Of a DNA stretch of 64,000 bases, positions 51,091-63,700 are shown piece after piece. The stretch lies in NCBI RefSeq assembly GCF_963921235.1, contig NC_086108.1:61940001-62004000 (forward strand), written 5' to 3'. Source of the stretch: Mobula hypostoma (lineage: Eukaryota). Position 1 is the stretch's first letter. Every line of letters begins with the position of its first letter. The notes below the pieces were generated by a model, which saw only the letters and a program-made list of their open reading frames with translations, made no database searches and was not told the origin of the DNA. Position numbers and translations under genes: made by a program.

Positions 51091-53523
51091 AATGAAATAA
51101 CACTAGATATAGTTTTTCACATTATGTTGGTGTGTTTCTGGAATGTACAGTCCATCCAAATGGAAACGAGGGCAAAATTTATACGTTAAGCCACATTGCA
51201 GGAGTACTTGCATTTCAATTGGTGTGGGATTTAGCACCCATCACAATCGGTTTCAGCAGCACATACCCTAGCTGCTTTAGTCTCGATAAATGATTACATG
51301 GCAGCATCTAACAACATCAGGAACCACCTCAAGAGACTGTTTTTCTTCAAAATCTCATCTCAGTACCTAGTTCTCGACTTACCTTAATGACCTTATTGAT
51401 CCCGACAAAAAGAAGTAATTCTCCTTCTGTTCCAGTGTCTCTGTTATTGATCTCCATTCACAAGCTGCCCTCTTTTCTACAACTCACATCTAATTCCTTT
51501 ACTTGCTGCTTCCAAGAGCAGTGAGTAAATTGTTGCTCTTTGGGAAAATGATAAGTTTAAAACTGAACTATCCATTTTCAGGGCCTTATGGCAGTCTTAT
51601 ATTAAGATCACATGCCTTTTGAATTTCTGTAATTACAAAGTCTATTCTTAAGCAAAATTTGCATTTCCTTAAATAACAGTCTTGCTTGATTGTTTTACCC
51701 CAGAGAATTTATGGGGCAATTTTTAATGAATTAAATTGACAAGGAGTTTGTAGAAAATGAATTCAACTGCAGGTAGCCTTGCTTTATTGTAGAAAATGTG
51801 TTTCTCTGCAAAGATAACTTGAATGCAGGGCTATTTTTGAAATAACGAGCAATTCATGGAAACTTTCAAAAGCTCCACATAATGAGGTGCACTAAAAATG
51901 CTGATGTATGTAAAAATGTGTCAAAGGAAAGACCAGAGCAGACATCTATTTTCTTCTGGAATACATGAAGACACTGTAAAGATATGTTTAAACTCTGATA
52001 TTAATTTCACAGTGTCATGGCTAAGTACAATAGCTGATACTTCAGCCTGAAGATACAATTATATTTCTGAAATTTGCAGATCCAGTCTGTAAAATTCAAA
52101 TGATAAAAGCTACAGTATGTTAAGATGAGAAATTCATTTCATATAGATCAAGCTATTTTATTTTGCCTTACTCTGTATGGTATGAAATGTAGATTTCATA
52201 TATTTTATCAACAGCTACATGCATAATTATGAGTCATTAAAAAGAAGAAAATATTCTCTTAACATGGAAAAATATACTTCGCTTTACATTTTCATGCGCT
52301 TTTAAAATAATTTAACCCAATATAATTCAAAGATAGAAATAGACATCATACATGCTGGAAAGTAGGTGGCAGAGTCATTTTTTTATGGAGATCTAAAGTA
52401 AAATCAAACATTGCTTAAAAATAGATAGTGAACATCTTTCATGCCATAGTCCCAAGGACACATAGGATTGCTTAGAAGGAGTGAGAGTTTAAAAGAAGTG
52501 AGCAGGGGCAGTATACACATTTTGCACACAACATTTTCAAAGAGCTAGTAGATTGTGCTTAATTAGGCACTTGGAAAGGTTGAATAAAAATAAGTTAGTT
52601 TTAAGCAGAGTGGTCATTGTGTGAGTGGGCTGGTGTTGGAGTGGGAAGTTGAGGCTTTCGCTCATTGAGGCTTCAGCAAGAAGAGGGGTAGACTACAGGT
52701 ATATTTTATTTTGTTAATTATTCTCCTTTATTTCTTATTGCACATTTAAAGCAGTGGGAATGCCATACAAGATTCTGGAATACTCTTCTTGCGGGATATG
52801 GAAAAGTAGGGAGATCTCCAGTGACTCTGGTGACTACACCTACAAGAAGTGCATCCAGTTGCAGCTTCCAACAGACAGTGCTAAGGAGCTGGAGCTGGAA
52901 CTAGATCAAGTACTACTCGTTCGGAAGGCAGAGAAACTGTTATACAGGGCAGACTGGAAGACACTGCAGTTACACCCAAAGTGCAGGACATGGGTAAATG
53001 GGTGACTATCAAGAGGAGGGAAAAGGGATAGGCAGACAATACAGGGCACATCTGTGACCATTCTCCTTAACAGCAGACATACCGCTTTGGATATTGTTGG
53101 GGGAATGACCTAGCAGAGGAAAGTCACAGCAGTCAGGTCTCTGGCATTGAGTCGGGCTCTGTGCCTCAGAAGAGAATGGGGAGAAAGAGGCAAGTTATAG
53201 CGACAGGAGATTTGTTGGTTAGGGGAATAGAAAGGAGGTTCTGTGGACGAGAATGAAATTCCCAGATGGCTCGTTGCCTGCTCCCCTACATACCAAGGTC
53301 AGGGTCATCTCAGATCGAGTCCACAGCATTCTTAAGTAGGAGGGTGAGCGTCCAGAGGTCATGGTCCACGTCGATACCAGTGACATTGGTATGAGGGCTG
53401 ACAAGGTCCTGCAAAATGAGTTCAGAGAGTTAGGTGCTAAATTAAAGGACAGGACCTCCAGGGTTGCAACCTTGGGATTGCTAACCATGCCACATGCTAG
53501 TGAGGCCAGAAATAGGAAGATAA

Positions 53524-53755
53524 TTTTTTACGCAGAGAGTGGTGAGTGCGTGGAATGGGCTGCTGGTGACAGTGGTGGAGGCAGATACAATAGAGTCTTA
53601 TAAGAAACTCCTGGATAGGTACATGGAGCTTAGAAAAATAGAGGGCTATGGGTAACCCGAGGTAATTTCTAAAGTAAGTACATGTTCAGCACAGCATTGT
53701 GGGCCGAAGGGCCTGTATTGTGCTGTAGGTTTTCTATGTTGCTCTATGTTTCTAT
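53524..53755 (+). mobile_element. CR1 3' fragment (same family as 24632-24938)
   Basis: tttttacgcagagagtggtgagt...gttttctatgtt interrupts the host ORF1. Confidence 0.85.
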
Positions 53756-54052
53756 ACTGTTCAACATGTAGCTAAGGAATTGGTGCAAGAGGAAGGGTTT
53801 CAGATATTTGAATCATTGAGCTCTCCTCCAAGGAAGGTGGGACCTGCACAGAAGGGATGGTTGTTTCATGAACTGGAGGGGAACAAATATCCTATTGGGA
53901 AGGTTTGCTAGTGCTGCACGAGGGAGGAGGGGGATTTAAACTAGGAACCAGTAGGGGGATGGGAACCAGTACACCAAAACAGACAGTGGAGGGCTTGTGG
54001 AGAATGAAGTTGCTAAGCCTGCATACAAAATCAGAAATCGAAAAGTCAAGCA

Positions 54053-54282
54053 TTTATATATTTATTTTTTGAAATTCAGTGTGTAATAAATAGGGTTTTT
54101 GAGCCACAACATCCAACAATCCCCTGATTTAATCCTAGCCTAATCACAGTACAATTTACAATCACTAATTAACCTACCAACTGGTACTTCTTTGGACTTT
54201 GGGAGAAAAATGGAGCACCCGGAGGAAACCCATGTGTTTACAGTGAGAATGTACACACTCCTTGCAGCAGCAGCGGGAAATG
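54053..54282 (-). mobile_element. V-SINE with truncated head
   Basis: ggagcacccggaggaaacccatg V domain. Confidence 0.75.
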
Positions 54283-56002
54283 ACATAGAAACATAGAAAA
54301 TAGGTGCAGGAGTAGGCCATTCGGCCCTTTGAGCCTGCACCGCCATTTATTATGATCATGGCTGATCATCCAACTCAGAACCCCGCCCCAGCCTTCCCTC
54401 CATACCCCCTGACCCCCGTAGCCACAAGGGCCATATCTAACTCCCTCTTAAATATAGCCAATGAACTGGCCTCAACTGTTTCCTGTGGCAGAGAATTCCA
54501 CAGATTCACCACTCTCTGTGTGAAGAAGTTTTTCCTAATCTCGGTCCTAAAAGGCTTCCCCTTTATCCTCAAACTGTGACCCCTTGTTCTGGACCTCCCC
54601 AACATCGGGAACAATCTTCCTGCATCTAGCCTGTCCAATCCCTTTAGGATTTTATACGTTTCAATCAGATCCCCCCTCAATCTTCTAAATTCCAACGAGT
54701 ACAAGCCCAGTTCATCCAGTCTTTCTTCATATGAAAGTCCTGCCATCCCAGGAATCAATCTGGTGAACCTTCTTTGTACTCCCTCTATGGCAAGCATGTC
54801 TTTCCTCAGATTAGGGGACCAAAACTGCACACAATACTCCAGGTGTGGTCTCACCAAGGCCTTGTACAACTGCAGTAGTACCTCCCTGCTCCTGTACTCG
54901 AATCCTCTCGCTATAAATGCCAGCATACCATTCGCCTTTTTCACCGCCTGCTGTACCTGCATGCCCACTTTCAATGACTGGTGTATAATGACACCCAGGT
55001 CTCGTTGCACCTCCCCTTTCCCTAATCGGCCACCATTCAGATAATAATCTGTTTTCCTATCTTTGCCAACAAAGTGGATAACTTCACATTTATCCACATT
55101 AAATTGCATCTGCCATGAATTTGCCCACTCACCCAACCTATCCAAGTCACCCTGCATCCTCTTAGCATCCTCCTCACAGCTAACACTGCCACCCAGCTTC
55201 GTGTCATCCGCAAACTTGGAGATGCTGCATTTAATTCCCTCATCCAAGTCATTAATATATATTGTAAACAACTGGGGTCCCAGCACTGAGCCTTGCGGTA
55301 CCCCACTAGTCACTGCCTGCCATTCTGAAAAGGTCCCATTTATTCCCACTCTTTGCTTCCTGTCTGCTAACCAATTCTCCATCCACATCAATACCTTACC
55401 CCCAATACCATGTGCTTTAAGTTTGCACACTAATCTCCTGTGTGGGTCCTTGTCAAAAGCCTTTTGAAAATCCAAATATACCACATCCACTGGTTCTCCC
55501 CTATCCACTCTACTAGTTACATCCTCAAAAAATTCTGTGAGATTCGTCAGACATGATTTTCCTTTCACAAATCCATGCTGACTTTGTCTGATCATTTCAC
55601 CGCTTTCCAAATGTGCTGTTATCACATCCTTGATAACTGACTCCAGCAGTTTCCCCACCACCGACGTTAGGCTAACCGGTCTATAATTCCCCGGTTTCTC
55701 TCGCCCTCCTTTTTTAAAAAGTGGAGTTACATTAGCCACCCTCCAATCCTCAGGAACTAGTCCAGAATCTAACGAGTTTTGAAAAATTATCACTAATGCA
55801 TCCACTATTTCTTGGGCTACTTCCTTAAGCACTCTAGGATGCAGACCATCTGGCCCTGGGGATTTATCTGCCTTCAATCCCTTCAATTTACCTAACACCA
55901 CTTCCCTACTAACATGTATTTCGCTCACTTCCTCCATCTCACTGGACCCTCTGTCCCCTACTATTTCTGGAAGATTATTTATGTCCTCCTTAGTGAAGAC
56001 AG
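54283..56002 (-). mobile_element. Young 5'-truncated CR1 LINE with an uninterrupted RT frame
   Basis: ORF 54375-56108 has NYRPVSLTS, DFQKAFD, GVPQGSVLGP and KFADD with no stops. The first ~35 aa come from flanking DNA. (gaaacata) tail. Confidence 0.95.
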
Positions 56003-57456
56003 AAGGGGTTGGTTGCAGGAGGGGCAGCTTAACTGGCAGCTCAATGTTACAGCATTCTGTTGATTTAGACATGTTAGAACAGGAGAGATTAAAGGGGAAG
56101 AGTGGCATTATTAATCAAGAAGAATGTCACAGCAGTGCTCAGTCAGAAGAGACTGAAGAGTTCCGTTAGTTAGGCTTTATGGATAGAACTGAGGACTAGG
56201 AAAGGTATGACTATGTGAATAGGATTATATTATCAACAACCCAATAATCTGGATGATTTCGAGGAGCAAATTTGCAGAGAGATTGCAGACTGTTGCAAGA
56301 AACATAAGGTTGTGATATTAGATGATTTTAACTTTCCACATATTGACTGGGACTCCCATACTGTAAAAGGTCTAGAGTTTGTCAAATGTGTTCAGGAAAA
56401 TTTCCTTCATCAGTACATTGAAGTCCCAGCTAGAGAGAGAATGCAGTACTAGATCTCCAGTTAGGGAATGAGACAGGGCAGGTGACAGAAGATTGTATCG
56501 GGAAACACTTTGCATCTAGTGATCACAATACTATTAGTTTCAAGGTGATTATGGGAAAGGATAGGTCTGGTCCTTGGGCTGAGATTCTAAATTGGAGAAA
56601 GACCAATTTTGATGGTATGAGAAAGGATCTGGCAAGTGTTGATTGAGACTGGTTGTTTTCAGACAAAGTTGTACTTGGTAAGTGGGAGGCATTCAAATGT
56701 GAAATTTTGAGAGTACAGAATTTATATGTTCCTGTCAAAATAAAAGACAAGGATAACAGATTTTGAGAATTTACTTTTTGGAAGATATTGAGGCTCTGGT
56801 TAGGAAGAAGAGGGAGTTGCATTGCAGGTACAGGCAGGAAGGGAAAATAAGGGACTTGAGAAGTATAAGGAATGCAAGAGCACAGTTAAGAAGGAAATCA
56901 GGAGGGCTAAAAGAAAGCATGAGGTTGCTCTAGTAGAGAAGATGAAGAAAAATACCAAAGGTTTCTACAAATCAATGAAGAGCAAAAGGATAGCAAAGGA
57001 CAAATTTGGTTCCCTGGAAGATCAGAGTGGTAATCAATGCATAGAGCCGAAAGGGATCGCAGATGGATTTTAAGCATTTTTATTTACTTGGGAGACAAAA
57101 ACAGAGTCTACGGATGTGAGGCAATGCAGGAAAAAAGTTATGGACCTTATACAGATTACAGAGGAGGAGGTGTTTGCTACATTGAGGCAAATTAGGGTGG
57201 ATAAATCCCCAGGGCCTGGCAAGATAGTTCCTCTGACCCTGTAGGAGGCTAGTACAGAAATTGCAGGGGCCTCAGCAGAGATATTTAAAACACCCTTAGC
57301 CACAGATGAGGTGCTGGAGAATTGGAGGATAGATAATGTTGTTCCGTTATTTAAGAAAGCTTCCAAAAATAAGACAGGACATTATAGGCTGGTGACTCTG
57401 ACATCAGTCGTGGGAAAGTTATTAGAGGTTTTCTAAGGGACTGGATCATTTTTTAT

Positions 57457-58297
57457 TGTTAAAGAGCACTTAGGCATTCACCTTGGTAACACTAAAATAG
57501 CTGCCTGTGCCTTTAAGAGAAAACGCTGATGTCATTTTGCATGGAGTAGAATGAAGAGTTGCCATGTTCTAGAAAGGACAATGTTCGAATGCTTTTCCCA
57601 GGTTTGGTGAGGAAAGGTGAACAATACTTGATAATATCCATGTAAATTCGTTAATACTTGTTTGAAAATCTAGCATATCAGTAATTTGATGTGTTTTACA
57701 TGTGGATGCTTTAGATTTTCGTGAGTAAATTGATCAGCCCTGGACAGTGTGATTGCAAAGTTCCTTAATAGGTCTACTAGGTTGGTCTTTTTAGTCATTC
57801 AAATGCAAAGCAATATATTGTAAAAGTTTATTTGTCTTTCTTTATTGTTTCATGACCAAATGTGAATGTGTTCATCTCTGTTCACGTAGTGCACGCGAGG
57901 TGAACTCATTTCAAAGTCTAGACTATATGTGTTTGGAAGTTAAGCATGTGTGTGCCAAATGTGAGTATATCTCTTAGTTAAGATGAGATGTATTTATTCA
58001 TATTTTACATGTTGTGGGATTCTAACGTTGTTTGTGTTTTTTTTTAGAACTGTCACTACCATATTGGTTTTGTATATTTTGTTTTAGTTATTTTCATACT
58101 GTATACATAGCAAGGGTGTGGTCTGAAATTAAACTGAGATTGTAATAGCGGGAACTGTTGTTTTAATTTATTTTGTCGTTTTTATTTTGATACTCTCTTT
58201 CTGCAATAAAACCTCTAAAACAGATAAATGAATTTAAGACCCGAAAAAGTACTTGTTGTCCTGCATGTGTATTTTTCCCCAGGATACAAAATATAAC
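57457..58297 (+). mobile_element. Probable solo LTR (~840 bp, possibly BEL/Pao)
   Basis: Interrupts CR1 cleanly. tgtta...taac ends and aataaa at about 58205. TSD imperfect. Confidence 0.5.
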
Positions 58298-58480
58298 TAT
58301 TTGGAAAGATGGGCTGATTAGAGTTACTCAACATGGCTTTGTGCATGATATGTCACATGTAACCAATCTTATTTTTCAAGGAAGTTACCAGGAAAGATGA
58401 TGAAGGCAAGGTAATGGATATTGTCAAGGCCCTTGACAAGGTCCCTCATGGGATGTTGGTCAAGAAGGTTCAATTGTTTG

Positions 58481-59044
58481 TGTAACACGCTGTAAGGTTT
58501 CACTGCTAAGGCTAATGTAATGGCTTCTATGTACTGTTCCACTGCTAAGGTAATGGTTTCTCTGTCGCAGCAATGTTTGTGTTATGACTAGAGATAATGG
58601 GGCATGTTAGCCAATGAGGGGATCTTGTTCTTTCTTGTGTATCTGGGAGCTGGGATTTTGGGGTCTTTCGTCGGGGAGCGATGGAAAGAGTTGGTAGAAC
58701 ACCGGATGAAGTGGACTGAGGAGCGAGCGTCCAGGGCTGGCTACGCTCAGAGGTTGATGGGAACAAATGAACAAACAGTGAGCTCCAACATTGCACAATA
58801 GACTGTTTTATGAGAATGGGCCCTTTTCTTTTTTTTGTTTCTTTACTAACCATATAGTCAAATTAAAAATTATAAAGCTCAATTGTTTAATCGCATATTG
58901 TGTACTGTTTGCGATTTCGCGGTGCAGGTTTGTATCTGGGCAACACATCACACAGCATCCACACAAACGTGATTTGTCAGTTTGGCAGGGCCAGAGGCTG
59001 TTTTCCCATAGATGAACATGTACTGGCTGAACCCAAGGATTACA
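58481..59044. mobile_element. Solo LTR (564 bp, Gypsy-like)
   Basis: tgtaa...ttaca termini and a 4-bp TSD tttg/cttg inside CR1. Confidence 0.78.
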
Positions 59045-59460
59045 CTTGGCGTTCATAATTTGGAGTATTGTGTCCAGTGTTCGTCACCTCAGAATTAATC
59101 CAAGACCTTGGCCTCACTACTTCCCTTGCACTGGATGGTTGATTTCCTCAATTGCAAACTCCAATCAATTCGGAATAGCAACAATATCTCCTCCATGATC
59201 TCCACAAGGCTGTTTGCGTAGCCCCTGCTCTACTCATTTTACACTTATGACTGTGACTAAACACAGCTCCAATGTCATATTCAAGTTTGCTGACGACACC
59301 ACTGCTATAGGCTGAATCAAGGGTGGTGATGAATCAGCATACAGGAGGGAGATTGAGAATCTGGCTGAGTGGTTCTATAACAACAACCTTTTACTCAATG
59401 TCAGCCAAGATCAACTGGCTGATTATTGATTTCAGGAGAAAGAAACCAGATGTCCATGAG

Positions 59461-59666
59461 CAACACACATAAAAGTTGCTGGTGAACGCAGCAGGCCAGG
59501 CAGCATCTCTAGGAAGAGGTACAGTCAATGTTTCAGGCCGAGACCCTTCAGCCCGAAACATCGACTCTAACTCTTCCTAGAGATGCTGCCTGGCCTGCTG
59601 CGTTCACCAGCAACTTTTATGTGTGTTGCTTGAAATTCCAACATCTGCAGAATTCCTCGTGTTTGT
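59461..59666. mobile_element. Palindromic PLE-terminus derivative
   Basis: Perfect 58-bp inverted arms (59461-59518, 59571-59628). TSD catgag(c) at 59455 and 59667. Confidence 0.92.
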
Positions 59667-60287
59667 CATGAGCCAGTCCTCATCGGAGGATCAGAGGTGG
59701 AGAAGGTCAGTAACTTTAAATTCCTCAGTGTTATTATTTCAGAGGACCTGTCCTGGGCCCAGCACATAAGTGCAATTACGAAGAAAGCACGGTAGGGTCT
59801 CTACTTCCTTAGGAGTTTGCGATTCAGCATGACATCTAAGACTTTGTCAAACCTCTATGGATGTGCAGTGGAGAGTATTTTGACTGGCTGCACCACAGCC
59901 TGGTATGGAAACACCAATGCCCTTGAACGTAAAATCCTACAAAAGTAATGGGTACAGCTTAGCCCTTCACAAGTAAAGCGCTCCCTACCATTGATACACC
60001 AAAGGTTGTCATTTGAAAACAGCATCCACCATAAGGAACCCCCACCACCTGGGTCATGCTCTCTTCTCACTGCTGCCATCAGGAAAAAGATACAGGAGCC
60101 TCAGGACCCACACCACCAAGTTCAGGATCAGTTATTACCCCTCAACTATCAGGCTCTCGAACCAAAGGGGATAACTTCACTTGACTTCACTTGCCCCAAC
60201 ATTAAAATGTTCCCACAAACTAAGGACTTTACTGTCAAGGTCTTTTCATCTCATGTCCTCAACTTTTATTTCTTATTTATTTATTAT

Positions 60288-60638
60288 GTCTTGCCTTCAC
60301 GTCTTACAAGCGCAAAACAAAAGACTGTGTGGCGCGCCACTCCTCACACAGACAGTAGGTGGCCGTGGACTCAAAGAGTTCATCCGCCCCTTGACAGGTT
60401 TTGCTTTTAGACCTGCTGGGTGCCTACACACCCTCCTCCTCGGTTAACCGAAGTGCACCGGGGGGTGTGCCGGCTGAGTTGCCACCAACCCGACCCGAGA
60501 CAGGTAGTACTGGGCTACGTGGTGCCAATAGCAAGGCAAGGCCCTGACCTGACCCGACCCGATGCCAGCCCCCTAGGCCTGAGTCGACCTAGTAATAGTA
60601 GCAGCAGCAGTAGTAGTAATAGTAGTAGTAGTAGTAGT
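60288..60638. mobile_element. Unclassified GC-rich ~300-bp insertion with an (AGT)n end
   Basis: Abrupt GC-rich block in the Rex1 3' UTR, bounded by atttattat on both sides. Confidence 0.5.
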
Positions 60639-62044
60639 ATTTATTATTATTATTATTATTTCTTCTTTTTGTATTTGCACAGGCCATTGTCTTTTGCACT
60701 CTGGTTACTATTCCATGGATTTATTGAGTATGATTGCAAGACAATGAATCTCAGGGTTGTATATGATGATATACTGTCTATATTTGGATAAGAAATTAAC
60801 TTTGAACCTTGAACTTTACGGTAAAGATGTAAATAAGATTGATAGAGTGCAGAGAAAATTTACAAGTATGGTCCCGGGACTTAAGGACCTGAGTTATAGG
60901 GGAAGGTTGTTTGGTGAGGACTGTATTCTTTAGAACGTAGAAGATTGAGAGGAGATTGATAGAGGCATACAAAATTATTAGGGGTATAGATAGGATAAAT
61001 GCAAGCAGCCATTTCCAATTGAGGTTGGGTGAGACCCCAACTAGAGGTCATGAGTTAAGGGTGAAAGGTGAAATGTTTAAGGACACGGTGAAGAGGAACT
61101 TCTCTACTCAGAGGGTGGTAAGAGCGTGAAACAAGCTGCCAGTGCCAGTGGTTGATGCGGGATTGATTTCAAGAGAACATGCAGGGGAAATGTGGATAGG
61201 TACATGGATGGGAGGGGTAGGGAGGGCTATGGTATAGGTGCCAGTTGATGGGACTAGGCACTGACTAGATGGGCCAAAGGGCCTATTTCTGTGCTGGAGG
61301 TGTTCTATGGCTCTATGACTCTATGAATATATGAACAGGCACCATTGAGGACAGGAATTTCAGACTAGTCATTACAAAATAAATATCCCATTAATTATTG
61401 GATGTTTTAATGGGAAAGTACAGTGCTATATAACACTGGCAGAGAGGGACAGCTTTAACATGTGCTTTGTAAGCTACCCACATTATAATACATACCAATT
61501 TCCATCATGAGTAACCTGATAATACCTGTGATGTACTATATCTGTAATCTTGATATGATCGGACACATTGTCTTGAGGAGCATAATGAATAACAAAATGA
61601 AATAAAGAAATGATTAGATACTTGACGTTAAAGCACATTTTTAAATGCATTAGTACTGAATTGATTTGAATATTGCATCCAATTCATATTCTTTGTGCAG
61701 ATTATGCTGGTATTGCAGGTGGCATCAGTGGATGTTCAATTAGTACTAGCTAAAAGTTTGAAGAACCTACAGGTTTAATATTAATCAATATCTGACAATA
61801 ATTTAATGCCAGTGCTACTACTTTGAAGCTCACTGCTCTAACAAATAACCTGTTATAACAATGGAGCAAGGGAGGTAATGGGCAGCGTGCAGAGGACATG
61901 AGTACATTCTTGATATGGGTTAGATTAAGAACCACATAATATGCTTGTCAGCAAGACAGCAAGAAAGGGCCAGTACCTACAAGGCTACAGAATCTTCTAA
62001 AGGACGGAAAAAAGACATTTGTGGTTAACATAGGAAATCTTTAC

Positions 62045-62720
62045 CGATGGATGAAGGTATTGCTGGCAAGACCAGTGTTTAATGGTATTTGTGGAGAAGA
62101 TGGTGAACCACTTTCTTGAACTACTGCACTCCTTCTGGAGAAGGTGGTCTCACAAAACTGTCAGGTAAGGAATACCAGAAAACTCACCCAGAGAAAATAA
62201 GGGATTTCCAAATGAAGCTTGTGTGTGCAACTTGGAGATGGTGGTGTTGTTTCTCTCGGAGAGGTTATAGATTTAATAGTTCCTGTAAAGCAGCCTTCAC
62301 AAGTTGCTGGACTGCTGTCATGGTAGCTGTTAGAGGAAGGAGATGATTTTCATAGCAGTAGATTGTTTGCTTTGTCCTAAATTTACTGAGCTTCCCAAGT
62401 GTTGTTGGGGACAGGGGGAGTTGTATTTCCTGACTTGAGACTTGTAAATGATGAATAGTTCTGAGAGAAGTGGGAGATGAGTCCCTTGTCAGAGCATGCT
62501 TCTGATTTGTTCTTGTAGCAACAATACTTAGGTGTTGGTTTAATTAAGACGTTTCCTAAAGTGATGCCAAGTGATGTTTCTGGAAGATTTGCTGAAGAAA
62601 ATGTTGAATGCCAAGGGGAGGTGATTGGGTACAGTTAGTCATTGTCTGGTACTTGTTTAGAATGAATATTACTTTCTATCTACCAGTACACGTTGAACTG
62701 TTTTGCAGTTGCTTCAGGCA
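62045..62720 (-). mobile_element. Old LINE (CR1/L2-like) remnant; a related stretch lies at about 33250-33700
   Basis: Weak similarity to a recalled shark LINE 3' region. No readable ORF. Confidence 0.35.
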
Positions 62721-62916
62721 GATATGGCTCATTAGCCGTGGTTGGCAGCTCAGCCAGAAGAAGGAAAACTCTGATCTCAAATCCCTGTTGCCTTGCGGCT
62801 ATACACATTCATGGGAAAGGCTTCAAGAGTAAACCATGAGGAAAATCTGGAGCTGGAGTCCCTAAGGCAGTCCTACATTGACTGCCAGCTCCTGTGATGC
62901 CACAAGTGTCAAATTA

Positions 62917-63700
62917 CACTGGACAACAAAGATTTTGCTTCCCGAACACCTTTAGGTGTATCTTATGAACTTTGGGTTACTGATCATGAAAATCACAATG
63001 AAATTTCCTTATCACATGCCATTTTTAATAAACTTATGTTTATTATTTCAATTCATAGTTCAAGTCAATTAAAATGTTGCCTACAATGTAAGCTGGAAAG
63101 TTTCCTATCTTGTCCGGGCATGCTTGGGCATGCTTAGGTGGCGTGGCTGCTGCGTGGCAGGACAGGTTTTAGTAATAATTATTGGGTTCAGGACTGTAAG
63201 GATGGAATTTGCTATCACCAGGCACAAAAATTTATATGAAGGATTTTGATATTTGATTCAGATGCTTCCCAGAATAACCGATGCCAAGATTAAGGAAAGC
63301 ATTTTTGTTGGTCCACAATCAAACAGGTCATCAATGACAGGCAATTTGAAGAATTTCTAGTGGGACCGGAGAAAATCACATGGAAGGCATTCAAGGAAGT
63401 TGTTGAATTTTTTCTCGGCATCTACAGAGCACCAAACTACATGCAGCTGGTTGAAAGCATGCTTCAAGCATATAAAACCATGAAATACAACATGTCACTA
63501 AAGATTCATTTTCTGCATTCCCATTTAGACTTCTTCCCTGCAAATCTTGGTGCCGTTAGTGACGAGCATGGTGAAAGGTTTCACCATTGCGGTCATGGAG
63601 AAAAGATACCAGGGCAACTGGAATCCATCAATGCTGGCGAATTATTGTTGGACACTTAAGTGAGAAGCCTCAGACACTGAGTACAAATGAAAATCATGTG
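62917..63700 (+). mobile_element. Chapaev3-like (CMC) DNA transposon, internally deleted
   Basis: tta|cactggacaac terminus and ORF 63360-63659 (MSLKIHFLHSHLDFFP.NLGAVSDEHGERFH). Confidence 0.75.

Larger units (their letters stand above)
59092..60818 (+). mobile_element. Rex1-like LINE, 5'-truncated and degraded
   Basis: KFADDTT near 59282, FKFL...SEDLSW, AWYGN, and tail actttgaaccttgaacttt. Confidence 0.85.
52600..61325 (+). mobile_element. Long degraded CR1 LINE hosting multiple insertions
   Basis: ORF1 at 52754-54050, APE and RT pieces at 56003-57450, 58298-58480 and 59045-59090, and the 3' end at 60820-61325 with a (ctatga) tail. Confidence 0.8.

Noticed and set aside
54375..56108. 577-aa ORF as a domesticated RT gene
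   Set aside because: It is a 5'-truncated CR1 ORF2 with its tail. The ATG comes from unrelated flanking sequence.
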